Below are positions 10,275-19,526 of a stretch of DNA of 64,000 nt, piece after piece. The position numbers were made by a program, and so were the translations under genes. Where the stretch lies: assembly GCA_047601445.1 (NCBI GenBank), contig JASGJH010000001.1, forward strand, positions 2,560,001-2,624,000. The letters are read 5' to 3'. Source of the stretch: Myxococcales bacterium (GTDB taxonomy: Bacteria > Myxococcota_A > Polyangia > Polyangiales > DASUME01). A model generated the notes under the pieces. It was given only the letters and a program-made list of their open reading frames with translations, did no database searches and had not been told where the DNA came from. The first letter of the stretch is position 1. Each line of letters starts with the position of its first letter.

Positions 10275-11296
10275 AACAAGCGACCTCTGGGTCCATCCGT
10301 CTCCTGATCGCCGTCCTGGCGTGGGGGATTGCGGCGGCGAGCGCGCACGCCGACGACAGCGCGGCCCGTGCGCGCGCCGACTCGTTGTTCAGCTCCGGCA
10401 AGGAACGTATGGCGCAAGGCCAGTACGCCCAGGCCTGTGCGATGTTCGCGGAGAGCTACAAGCTCGATCCCGCGACAGGCAGTCTGCTTGCCCTGGCCCT
10501 GTGCTACGAGCGCGACAACAAGCTCGCCTCGGCGCAGGAAAACTATGTGGCCGCCGCCACCCGCGCCCACGCCGAAAATCAGCCGGCCCGTGAGGAAGCT
10601 GCCACGGCCCGAGCCAAAGCACTGGATGCCGAGGTTTCCCACCTCGTGATCGAAGCCAAGGACGTGGACCTCGCGCACGGCACGGTCTTCTTGAATGGCC
10701 GCCCCATGCGGCCGGAGCAGCTCGACGTTCCGATCGCGCTCGACGGCGGCACGGCCTACGTGGACCTGCGCGTCGATGGAACCAAGGTCTGGAGCACGCA
10801 GGCACAGATCGCCAGCAAGCAAGGGCGTGCCTTCGTGCATGTTCCCTCCTTGCGCGTTCCCGCGGATCGCGCCGCGAGCGCGCCACCCGTGGCCGCAGCA
10901 CCGGTTGAAACCAAGCCCACCCCGGCACCAGCGCGTGAACCACGCCCCAACCAGCGACTCAAGTGGCTCAGCGTGGGGCTCATGTCGGCGGGCGGCGCGG
11001 GACTCGCACTGGGGCTCGGCTTTTCGCTGCGCGCCATCCTCAAGAACAACGACTCCGACGCCGGATGCAGCGGTGACGTCTGTCACGGAGAAGCGCGCGA
11101 GAGTCGGCTCGAAGCGCGTCGCGCCGGCAATGCGGCCACCGTCAGCCTCACGCTGGGCACGGCGTTGGCAGCCAGCGGCGTGGTGACCTACTTCCTCGGT
11201 TGGAAGAGACAGGGAGCCAAGCTCGACGCTCGCCGGTTGCCCACACCATGGGTCATGCACCAAGGTGGCGGCGCTTCGATTCAGGGTGCCTTCTGA
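10271..11296 (+). CDS. Myxobacterial TPR/PEGA-like exported protein
   Basis: Signal peptide; ADSLFSSGK...QACAMFAESYKLDPATGSLLALALCYE TPR; hydrophobic C-terminal segments ending in GAF. Confidence 0.8.
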   Translation: MKQATSGSIRLLIAVLAWGIAAASAHADDSAARARADSLFSSGKERMAQGQYAQACAMFAESYKLDPATGSLLALALCYERDNKLASAQENYVAAATRAHAENQPAREEAATARAKALDAEVSHLVIEAKDVDLAHGTVFLNGRPMRPEQLDVPIALDGGTAYVDLRVDGTKVWSTQAQIASKQGRAFVHVPSLRVPADRAASAPPVAAAPVETKPTPAPAREPRPNQRLKWLSVGLMSAGGAGLALGLGFSLRAILKNNDSDAGCSGDVCHGEARESRLEARRAGNAATVSLTLGTALAASGVVTYFLGWKRQGAKLDARRLPTPWVMHQGGGASIQGAF

Positions 11297-12331
11297 TGTC
11301 AGGTTCGTACGTGCGCCGCGGAAGTTCGCCCCGCGTATGGTCGTTCGTGCTCCTTGCCTGCGCCGGCTGCAATGCCGTGCTGGGCATCCACGATCCTCGT
11401 GAGGGAGAGCTACTCGATCCCGACGCCGAGGTGCCCGAGCTGGATGGCGGGTCCACGCCGGACGCGGGTGAGTCCCCCGATGCGAGTGCGTCTCACGACG
11501 CGGGGCCCGTGGCGCTCTCGTCGCGCCGCGCCTTCGCGACCTGGCCCATGCCCAACGCGCCTTCGGACACGAACCATCCGATGTCCTACGTCGTGCAGAG
11601 CCCGGAGGTCGTGCTCGATCAGAATCACGCAGCTCGAGTGGGCCCGCGCCGCCGCCTCCGACGCCATGGACTGGCAGACCGCGGCCAAGTATTGCGCGGA
11701 CCTCTCCGCGGCGGGTGGCGGCTTTCGTCTGCCCTCACGCATCGAGCTGTTGTCCTTGCTCGATCCCAGCCGTGTCTCGCCCGCCCTCGACGCCGATGTT
11801 TTTCCAGACCAGCCAGGTTCGCCCTACTGGTCCGATTCCCCGCTGGCCGACAACCACGATCGCCGCTGGGCCATCGAAATGCAGTTCTCGACGCAGTTCG
11901 CGTTGCCGCGCGAGCTCGACAAGGCACTCCGCGTTCGCTGCGTGCGCGACAAGGGCCAGCTTCCCGCCACCGGTCGCTTCAACGTCGAGGGCCCGCTCGT
12001 TCACGATCTCGGCACGCAGCTCACATGGCAGTCGGCGGACGCGCCCAACATGCTCTCGCACGCCGATGCACTCGCGTACTGTACGAACCTCGACCTCAAT
12101 GGGAAGGGCTTCCGCCTCCCCACCTTGAAAGAGCTGCACACCCTCGTCGACGAGGCGCGCACGCTGCCAGCGGCGGATTCGATGCTGTTCCCCGACACGG
12201 ACAGCGAGGGCTACTGGTCATCGACCGCCCTGGTCGAATTCCCGCGCTCGGCGTGGATCGTCAACTTCGCCCGCGGCATCGACGGCTTCGCCGGCGTCGA
12301 CACCAGCCAGCACGTGCGCTGCGTGCGCTGA
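11296..12331 (+). CDS. Lipoprotein with two DUF1566 (Lcl C-terminal-like) domains; +1 frameshift at ~11623
   Basis: Lipobox CAGC in one frame; T.L.W, W..A..YC..L, FRLP...EL, YWS, VRCVR twice in the next frame. Removing one A at 11623-11624 gives VLDQITQLEW. Confidence 0.85.
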
Positions 12332-12346
12332 CCCGCGCCTGCTATA

Positions 12347-13060
12347 GTGGGGGCCGTGCTGTCGCCGCTTACGATCCGGAAGCTTGCCCGTCACGAAGTC
12401 TCCCCCACCGCGCGCCTGCTGGCCGCAGCCTTCGCTGACAATCCCTGTTACGCGTTCATGCATCCGCGGGAGGCCACGCGCCCGCGCGACCTCGAGGCGT
12501 TCTTCCGGCGCAACCTGCTCTGGCACTTCAAGCACGAGCTCACCTGGGTGGCGGTGCAAGAACAGGGCCCCTCCGGCGAAAGCCGCGTGCTCGGCACGGT
12601 CACCTTGGTGCCGCCGGGCGGTGTACCGAGCACCCCCATCGGCCTCTTCAGCCACTGGGTGCTCCCCACGCTGTTTCAGCAAGGGCCCCAGACCGTGAAG
12701 CGCATGATCCACGCGGACGAGGAGTTCAAACAGCGCTATCTGGAGGACACCCTGGGTTTGCCCTACTGGCATGTGCATGCGGTGGCGGTAGCCCCCGAAG
12801 CCCAGCACCAGGGCGTGGGAACCCGCCTGTTGCGTCACGTGCTGAAGGAGCTGGCCCAGCAGCTGCGGGTCACTCCGGGGCCCGTGGTGTTGAGCACCCA
12901 GCGCGAGCGCAACCTGCCATTCTATCGCCGCTTGGGCTTCGAACTGACCGGTGCCCAGCAGATGGGCGTGCACGGCGGCCAGGTCGGCCATACGAGCTGG
13001 TTCTTGCGTCAGACGCAGCTGCAAGCGCCCGCGCTGACTTCCGCGCCGCGCCCGCGCTGA
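12347..13060 (+). CDS. GNAT family N-acetyltransferase
   Basis: LAAAF.DNP, YWHVHAVAVAPEAQHQGVG, NLPFYRRLGF. Confidence 0.9.
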   Translation: MGAVLSPLTIRKLARHEVSPTARLLAAAFADNPCYAFMHPREATRPRDLEAFFRRNLLWHFKHELTWVAVQEQGPSGESRVLGTVTLVPPGGVPSTPIGLFSHWVLPTLFQQGPQTVKRMIHADEEFKQRYLEDTLGLPYWHVHAVAVAPEAQHQGVGTRLLRHVLKELAQQLRVTPGPVVLSTQRERNLPFYRRLGFELTGAQQMGVHGGQVGHTSWFLRQTQLQAPALTSAPRPR

Positions 13061-13156
13061 CCCTGCGCCCGCGTTGGCGCGGCCCCCGCCCCATTGCGCT
13101 ACGCCATGACGCGCACGGGCCAGTGGGGATGCCGCCACGCTCGGCGCGGGGAGAGC

Positions 13157-14653
13157 TCAGAACGCCCAGGCAAGCTGCGCGGCGATGACCTTCACTTGCG
13201 TCCCCTCGGTACCGGCGAACGCAAACTGATATTCGAGCTTGAGCACGATGGCGTCGGCCGGGCGAATGTTGAGGCCCACCTGACTGAACGCCGTCTTCGT
13301 CAAGATGCCGTAGTTGTTCGAGCGCTGATACTCGAGCGTGCCGAAGGGCATGACGCCCCACCACGGAAGTCGATAGCCCACGAGCACGTAACCGGCCCAG
13401 TTGAACACATCGGGCGGCAACGCATTCACCGGCACACCGGCCTGCCCTCCCGTGAACACTGGCGTGCGACCGGCCTCGGTGTACTGCCAGCGTTGCCCCA
13501 CCCATTCACTCTGTAGGTGCAGCCTGCGATACTTCCACAGCACGTCGCCAGCCACGGCAGTGACGTAGGCTTGATCCGAAACGACCCGCTGTACCTGCAG
13601 CTTCGTTCCGTCGGCGCTGATGCCGAGTCCCGTTGTGCCTCCGCTGTTTTCGCCATAGAACGCGGAGCCGCCGATTTGGAACGTGCTGGCTCCGACGTAC
13701 TCCAGGGCCAACCGACCACCGATGGCCTTGTTCTTGTCGAGATCGCGGTACTCGCTGACGGGGCCGAGACCATTGGACAACGTGAGGTGATAGCGAACCG
13801 CGAACTTGGAGCCGACGCCCATGCGACCGAAGGCCTCGACACCGGTCTGGTGCTCCGGGAAGAAGGCCCCGTTGACCGCATAGGGTCGCATGACTGGCAC
13901 GACCACTGGCGACCCGTGGTCGACGTTCCAGATACCGTAGGGCGTCAGAAAAGCGCCCAAACGCAGCGTCAAATAGCGGAGCGCCGACCACTCGCCATAG
14001 GCGCGTTCGATGTAGATGCCGCCCCAGCGAACGTTGGCGCCGGTTCCGGAGGAGTCGATGACCTCGGTGCTGGTCGCTCCCGAGGTCGAAAACAGCGGGG
14101 CGGAGCCATTGGGCGAGTACATGAAGCGGACCTCGGTCATCATCCGGAAGGACTCGGTGATGTTCTTGGTCGCGTACAAGTTGAGGCGCCCGACGAACAT
14201 CGAGCCTTCGGTGCCGGCCGTGCGGGTGCTGAACGCAGCGTCGTCAGGGTTGAGCAGCTGGAGGTAGTTCACGTCCATGAAGCCGCTGAAGTGCAAGTCG
14301 GTGTCGAGGCCCTGCTCCTCCGCGTTGAGTCCGAGCGCGGCTAGCTCTGCTTCCGTCAGGTCGCCCGACGTGGCGTCATCGGCTGCCACGTCCCCCTCAG
14401 CAACAGACGCTTCCGTCTGGATGGCCGCAGTGGCCACAGCATCCTCTGGCTGCGACTCTGCGACGGTTCCCCCAGTGGCAGGCGTCGCTGCTTGGGGCTC
14501 GGCCAGCGTCGCCGGTGCAGCAGTCCCCACCTGGTCAGGCGGGCCCGCTTCGGCCGCAGGCTGCTCCGGCGCCACCGGCGCACTCTCTTGAGCTCGTGCG
14601 CGCTGAGCGCCGGCCAACACGAGGAGCGTAAAGATGAAGCGCGCGGCTTTCAC
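13157..14653 (-). CDS. Outer-membrane porin-like beta-barrel
   Basis: Signal peptide; FSGFMD, IERAYGEW, RLGAFLTPYGIWNVDHG; alternating strands; terminal LAWAF. GTG start overlaps the upstream stop. Confidence 0.8.
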   Translation of the reverse strand: MKAARFIFTLLVLAGAQRARAQESAPVAPEQPAAEAGPPDQVGTAAPATLAEPQAATPATGGTVAESQPEDAVATAAIQTEASVAEGDVAADDATSGDLTEAELAALGLNAEEQGLDTDLHFSGFMDVNYLQLLNPDDAAFSTRTAGTEGSMFVGRLNLYATKNITESFRMMTEVRFMYSPNGSAPLFSTSGATSTEVIDSSGTGANVRWGGIYIERAYGEWSALRYLTLRLGAFLTPYGIWNVDHGSPVVVPVMRPYAVNGAFFPEHQTGVEAFGRMGVGSKFAVRYHLTLSNGLGPVSEYRDLDKNKAIGGRLALEYVGASTFQIGGSAFYGENSGGTTGLGISADGTKLQVQRVVSDQAYVTAVAGDVLWKYRRLHLQSEWVGQRWQYTEAGRTPVFTGGQAGVPVNALPPDVFNWAGYVLVGYRLPWWGVMPFGTLEYQRSNNYGILTKTAFSQVGLNIRPADAIVLKLEYQFAFAGTEGTQVKVIAAQLAWAF

Positions 14654-15207
14654 GGCTCCACCTTCATTCCGCCCATCGGGCATTTGTCATCGACGAGTTG
14701 ATCGGGCGAAATGCACAGCGACAGCCCCGAGAGCAGCGCCGAGAAGTCACAGCAAACGTAGGTCGAGCCGCAGGAGTTCTCGCCGCTGGCGCAGTTGTCG
14801 ACCGCGCAAGTGTTGACGATGGGCGTGCAGTACTTCGCATCGAAGCTTGCGCAGTCCGCCGCCGATTCACAGTGCTCACCGACACCCGTCGGCTCGTGCG
14901 CCATCGACGCATCCTGGGCGACGCCGCCATCGGGCTTCGGGCTCGCGCACTTGCCGTTCTCAGGGCTTTGCCCCGCGGGGCACAGCTTGCAGCCATGGCC
15001 CTTCAGCTCGTCGAACACGTAGCCGCGGGCCTCATCGCACACGCACACTTCGTAGTCGAGCAACTCGCCGCCCGTGCGGTAGACCTGATGGGGACCGCAG
15101 GCCTCGTCGTGAGGAACACAGCCCGGCGCCAGCAGGAAGGCGAACGCAGCGGCCCACGGGCCCACCCCGCCCCGGCTCCGTGCATGCCCATATCTCGTTG
15201 TTTCCAT
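14650..15207 (-). CDS. Small Cys-rich lipoprotein
   Basis: Lipobox APGC; many Cys; translationally coupled to the porin. Confidence 0.75.
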   Translation of the reverse strand: METTRYGHARSRGGVGPWAAAFAFLLAPGCVPHDEACGPHQVYRTGGELLDYEVCVCDEARGYVFDELKGHGCKLCPAGQSPENGKCASPKPDGGVAQDASMAHEPTGVGEHCESAADCASFDAKYCTPIVNTCAVDNCASGENSCGSTYVCCDFSALLSGLSLCISPDQLVDDKCPMGGMKVEP

Positions 15208-15285
15208 GTTCTCCAGCCCAACCGAACGCGCGCCGCGATGTGTGTATGTGCGCCGTGCGCTACTGCGTAAGTGTTTGCCTCGGCC

Positions 15286-15846
15286 CTACTCCCCCCGAGA
15301 GAGCAGATAGCCGCTCTCCGAAGGACCCTTCCCGTCGATGCGCAGCGCGCGTGTACGGGGATCCAGCGAAGCCAAGGGCACACAGGCGATGGCGCCCTTG
15401 AGCTGCGCCACGATTCGAACCGCGAGCTCGACCGAGGGCGCGGTGCGCGGGGGATTGCGTCCGTCGCGCACGCGCTGATCGATCCAGAAGCTGCCCACCT
15501 CCTCCGGCGCAAGCCCCAGGAGGGCGCGATCGAGACGCTCGCGAGCAGGCGTCCGAAGCGGCAAATTCAGCGGGATCAGGCGTATGCCGTGGTACTCGGC
15601 GCGCAACCCCAGGAAGGCGGTGCGCACCACGTCCGACGGGATGTCCGAGACCCCGGTCGCGCTGCCGATGATCAGCGCGAGCTCATCGGTCTGCTGGACG
15701 CCTGCCGTCGCCACGCGCACCGGCATCAGCGCAAGAATCAGCAGCGCGAGCGCTCCGAGTGCGCCCCATCCGAAGCGCCGCCGGGACTCGAGAGCCAGGC
15801 GCCGTTCTCCACCATTCGAGCCCGACCTGTCGTCGTACATCATCAA
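15286..15846 (-). CDS. Small exported protein resembling minimal periplasmic-binding-protein-like partners of porins
   Basis: Signal/TM segment then P.NLP...P.RE..DR.LLGL..EEV..FWID.R.R.G..PP......V....GAI; same operon as the porin. Family assignment is from memory. Confidence 0.6.
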   Translation of the reverse strand: MMMYDDRSGSNGGERRLALESRRRFGWGALGALALLILALMPVRVATAGVQQTDELALIIGSATGVSDIPSDVVRTAFLGLRAEYHGIRLIPLNLPLRTPARERLDRALLGLAPEEVGSFWIDQRVRDGRNPPRTAPSVELAVRIVAQLKGAIACVPLASLDPRTRALRIDGKGPSESGYLLSRGE

Positions 15847-16073
15847 CTACGTACGCCTCGGCTGGCGACGCCCCCACGCGCTGCCCGCTCGATGCCCCCT
15901 GTATCGTAAGGGTGATTGTCACGCGTCCCCTTCTCGGGACGCAAGGAGATTTCACCACAAGAACGTGCGGCAGAACGCAATCGCGGCGCATCGCCGTGTA
16001 GCGCAAACCGCTACGCCACAGGGCGCACGAACGTTTCGATCACGGCGTCCCGAGCGGGACTCGCACGTTTGTT

Positions 16074-18209
16074 CTACAGCAGCACGATCGGCTCACAGCC
16101 GAGCTCCACGATCACGCTGGTGCGACGGTTGTTCTTGAAGGCCTTGCATGCCTCGCCGAAGAGCTGGATGGCGCTCTGCGTGGCGTCGGCCCAATCCCAA
16201 CCTTCGTGCGCCGCGTGCTCACGATCGAACGGGATGGCTTCTCCGTTCAAATAGAGATTGGCGTTCGCTTTGTCCGCGTCCTCTGAAAATCCATCCACAC
16301 CGAAGGAACACGTCGACAAGCTATCCGAGATGCCCGCGAGCGCTTGGTTGAGCTCGGCGTCGTCCTTGGCGTCCACATAGGGCGACTTGCTCGGATCGCT
16401 CGCGGTGGACATATCGGTGCCGCCGTTTTTCACGATAGTGCGAAGCTGCTCTTCGTTCGCGGGGGTCTTGTCGCTCGGCAAACCGTAGCGCACCGCGTAG
16501 GTGTCCACATTGGCGTCGCGCAGGCGCTTGGCGGCATCTCCCAATTGTTGCACCAGGATGCTTTGGTCCACGCCCGCACAGCTGTCGCCGCCCGCAGAAA
16601 GGACGACCACGGCGCCCTTCACCTCCGGATCCGCCAGCCGGCCAGGTGCCGCGGCCACGTTCTGCAGCACGTGCGAGAGCGGGCTCGATCCGAAGGGGAG
16701 CTTCTCGAGGATGGCGCTCATCAAGGAGATCTCCGTACCATCTCCGCAGGGAATCTCCGGCGTTGCCGCCACGTCGCACGACAGTGCGCTCGAGCTCTTG
16801 GCCGGGAAGAACTGGATGCCGAACTCGATGTCGTCGTTGATGGGCGCGACGAGGGCTTGATTGACGGCATGCCCCACTGCCTCCCAGTAGCTCACGCTGG
16901 GGCGCATGCCCAGCTGGGGCGCGACCTGGCAAGAGCTGGTGCCGTCCGTGCATTGAATACGGGACGCGGACACGTCGAACACGAAGAGCACGGCGCGCGG
17001 CTTGGTCTCGACCTTGATGGAAGCCGTGCCGCACACATCGCTCGAGCACGTCTTGCGCGCCTCGAACTGCGCGTCGTTCTGCAGCGCCTGACAGGCTTGA
17101 CCGAACAGCTCCACCTGACTCGCGTTACCCGCCACGAAGTTCCAGCCGTTCAGGTTCTTGCGGTCGCGCTCGACCACCTTTCCGTTGACCACGAAGTCGA
17201 GTTGGAACGGGTTCACTGCCTTGGCTGGTTCGAGCGCATCTGGAATCACGAAGCGACAGTTACGCACGCTCTTGCCTACTTGGGTCAACACGTCGCTGAA
17301 CTTGGCGGGATCGTCAACCTTGGGCACCTCCTTGAGTCCCGAGTTCCCGTACTGCAACAGGGTCGAGAGCACCTCGAGGTCCGTATTGCCATTCACCGTA
17401 CCGAGCGCACCGGTGGAACCGGGCGCAGCCGAGGCATCGAAGCCGATGGGGATGATGCGGATGTTGCGTTTGCCGAGCTCCACCGCGAGCTTCTGATAGG
17501 CGAGCAACTTGTCGTTCTCCTGTGCGAACACGGAGCCGAAACAGTTGTCGTTGCCGTTGGTGATGAACAAGAGATAGTTGGTGCGCTCCGGGTCCGCGAG
17601 CTTGGTGCTTTGCTCGAGGTAGTAGTTCAAGGGTTCGATGACAGGCGACGTCTCCCACAGCCCGCCGAGCCCGTAGGTTCCGCCGGGTGGTGCATCTCCG
17701 AGTACGCCCGCCAGCTCTTCCGCGCTGGCGTTGCTCACGTCCTGGAACTTGTTCTTGGTGCTCCCGCACCAGTTGTTCTTCTCCCAGCCGCTCGTCCAGT
17801 CGGCGAGCTCGCCCCAGAACAGCTGGACGCCCATGGCCGCATCAGGGTGAGCTTTGCGGAGGTTTCGGAGGGCGTCCTTGATCTTGCTCCAGTGGGTAGC
17901 CATCGAAGCCGCGCCGTCCACGGCCACCATGATGTTCACGCCCGCGGGCGTGACGTCGATCGGAGTGTTGCCGCAATCGGCATCGGAGTCGTCTCTCGAG
18001 TCGCAGAAGGGGTTGTCCTCAGGGCAATCGTCCGCCTCTTGCGGCCCGTCGTCTTCCTGGGAGCCGGCGTCGTGCGCACGGGGGTCGACCGCCACGCCGG
18101 GCTGCGACTGCGGCTTGCCTCCGCATGCGCTCGCCGCGAACACGATGGTCAGGGCGAACAGGGGAGCGAGACGGCGGACAGGGGCCGCACCACGAGCACA
18201 TGGGGTCAT
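16074..18209 (-). CDS. Lipoprotein with two tandem vWA domains (CglB-like architecture)
   Basis: Lipobox ASAC; IMVAVDGAASM and VLFVFDVSASR strands, each followed by C.F...GW...L.G.AC modules. Confidence 0.8.
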   Translation of the reverse strand: MTPCARGAAPVRRLAPLFALTIVFAASACGGKPQSQPGVAVDPRAHDAGSQEDDGPQEADDCPEDNPFCDSRDDSDADCGNTPIDVTPAGVNIMVAVDGAASMATHWSKIKDALRNLRKAHPDAAMGVQLFWGELADWTSGWEKNNWCGSTKNKFQDVSNASAEELAGVLGDAPPGGTYGLGGLWETSPVIEPLNYYLEQSTKLADPERTNYLLFITNGNDNCFGSVFAQENDKLLAYQKLAVELGKRNIRIIPIGFDASAAPGSTGALGTVNGNTDLEVLSTLLQYGNSGLKEVPKVDDPAKFSDVLTQVGKSVRNCRFVIPDALEPAKAVNPFQLDFVVNGKVVERDRKNLNGWNFVAGNASQVELFGQACQALQNDAQFEARKTCSSDVCGTASIKVETKPRAVLFVFDVSASRIQCTDGTSSCQVAPQLGMRPSVSYWEAVGHAVNQALVAPINDDIEFGIQFFPAKSSSALSCDVAATPEIPCGDGTEISLMSAILEKLPFGSSPLSHVLQNVAAAPGRLADPEVKGAVVVLSAGGDSCAGVDQSILVQQLGDAAKRLRDANVDTYAVRYGLPSDKTPANEEQLRTIVKNGGTDMSTASDPSKSPYVDAKDDAELNQALAGISDSLSTCSFGVDGFSEDADKANANLYLNGEAIPFDREHAAHEGWDWADATQSAIQLFGEACKAFKNNRRTSVIVELGCEPIVLL

Positions 18210-18467
18210 GCAGCGGCCATGTTTCGAGCGCGCACTTTTTATGAGCACACCGCGCAAAAACCGGTCCGCGCCCGACAAGCGACAGGCCCAAAAACGGCGC
18301 GAAGGGCTCGGCCCAAGCGGCGGAGGCGCTCAAAAACACTTGGGAATCTCGCTCACCGGCGCTCCCTACGGAGCGGGGCCCTCCCCCGAGGTGGGGCCGG
18401 TGGGTCAATTCTCCCGTCCCCTCGGTCGGCATCGCTTCGACGATTTTTGCGTAGAACGCGTCTTCCG

Positions 18468-19352
18468 ATGCGCGTCTCTCTGCTCGCCTTGGCGCTGACT
18501 GCCTGCGGCCCCGTTCTCCTGGGCCAGGAGTCCGCTCAGGACGGAGGAGGCCAGGGCCCCGACTCACCGCAGGTCTCGCTGACAGTGGCGAGCGTGGGCT
18601 GTCACGGCTGCTTCGAGCTGCATGCCGCAGGCGTGGGGGGAGGCGAGCCCTACACCTTCGAGTGGGACGACGGCTCGGATGCCGAGGTGCGCCAGGTGTG
18701 CCCCGGCGACGGGTCCAACACGGTGAGCGTCGTCGCCATCGACGCGCACCACCGACGCTCGGCCGCGGCCATCGCCGAGCTCGAGTTCGGCGACGCCAGC
18801 TGCCCACCGCCCCCACAGCTGCTCTGCATTCAGAATCCGTCGTTCGAAGGCAAGCCTGCGTTCAACGACACCAATGCTGCGAACTTCGACGGGGCTCCCT
18901 GGAACAACTGCCCTCAGCCTTCCCTCAACACACCCGACATCGTAAACGAGACGATCCAGCAGCCCATCGCCACGCTGCCGACCGCCACCGACGGCCTCAC
19001 GTACATCGGCATCCAGGAGGGCGAGCAGGTCTCGCAGACCTTGTGCGAACCGCTCGCTGGCGGCGAGGAGCTCTACCTGAAGCTCGACGCGCGTCGTCTG
19101 TACATCGGTGCCATGCCCGACACGGAGCTGCCTTGGTTGGAGATCTGGGGTGGCCTCGCCGCGAGCTGTGATCAACAAAAGCTACTCTGGGCCTCCGAAA
19201 AACTGCCGCTCAACTGGCAAACCTACTGCGCGAAGCTGAAGCCACAGCAGTACATGGATCAGATCACGCTGCGCACCAACACGGACGAATCCCTGCCCTC
19301 CGTGACCTACCTGCTGGTCGACAATCTCGTTCCCGTCGAACACTGTCCATGA
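18468..19352 (+). CDS. Lipoprotein with PKD-like domain and beta-sandwich (NPSFEG) domain
   Basis: MRVSLLALALTAC lipobox; GG.PYTFEW.DG; IQNPSFEG. Upstream part of ORF 16344 is an antisense shadow. Confidence 0.75.
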   Translation: MRVSLLALALTACGPVLLGQESAQDGGGQGPDSPQVSLTVASVGCHGCFELHAAGVGGGEPYTFEWDDGSDAEVRQVCPGDGSNTVSVVAIDAHHRRSAAAIAELEFGDASCPPPPQLLCIQNPSFEGKPAFNDTNAANFDGAPWNNCPQPSLNTPDIVNETIQQPIATLPTATDGLTYIGIQEGEQVSQTLCEPLAGGEELYLKLDARRLYIGAMPDTELPWLEIWGGLAASCDQQKLLWASEKLPLNWQTYCAKLKPQQYMDQITLRTNTDESLPSVTYLLVDNLVPVEHCP

Positions 19353-19526
19353 GCGCGGCGTCGGCGCGCCACACCTCGCGCACACGGCACGTTCACCTCG
19401 GTCACGGCGAGCACACGTACGCCGCGTAAGTGACGCTGTCTTCGCCGACAAGTTGCGCCCGCGTCGCCCGCCTTCCACGCGCTCCCACTAGGAAGCTCCG
19501 AGGACTAGGCTCAAGGGAGGTTTTGC

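Noticed and set aside
11611..11640. Programmed frameshifting or phase variation at the three frameshift sites
   Set aside because: No slippery heptamer or long homopolymer tract; sequencing error is more parsimonious.
16344..18467. N-terminal part of the 1002-aa ORF
   Set aside because: Antisense to the vWA gene; the real lipoprotein starts at 18468.
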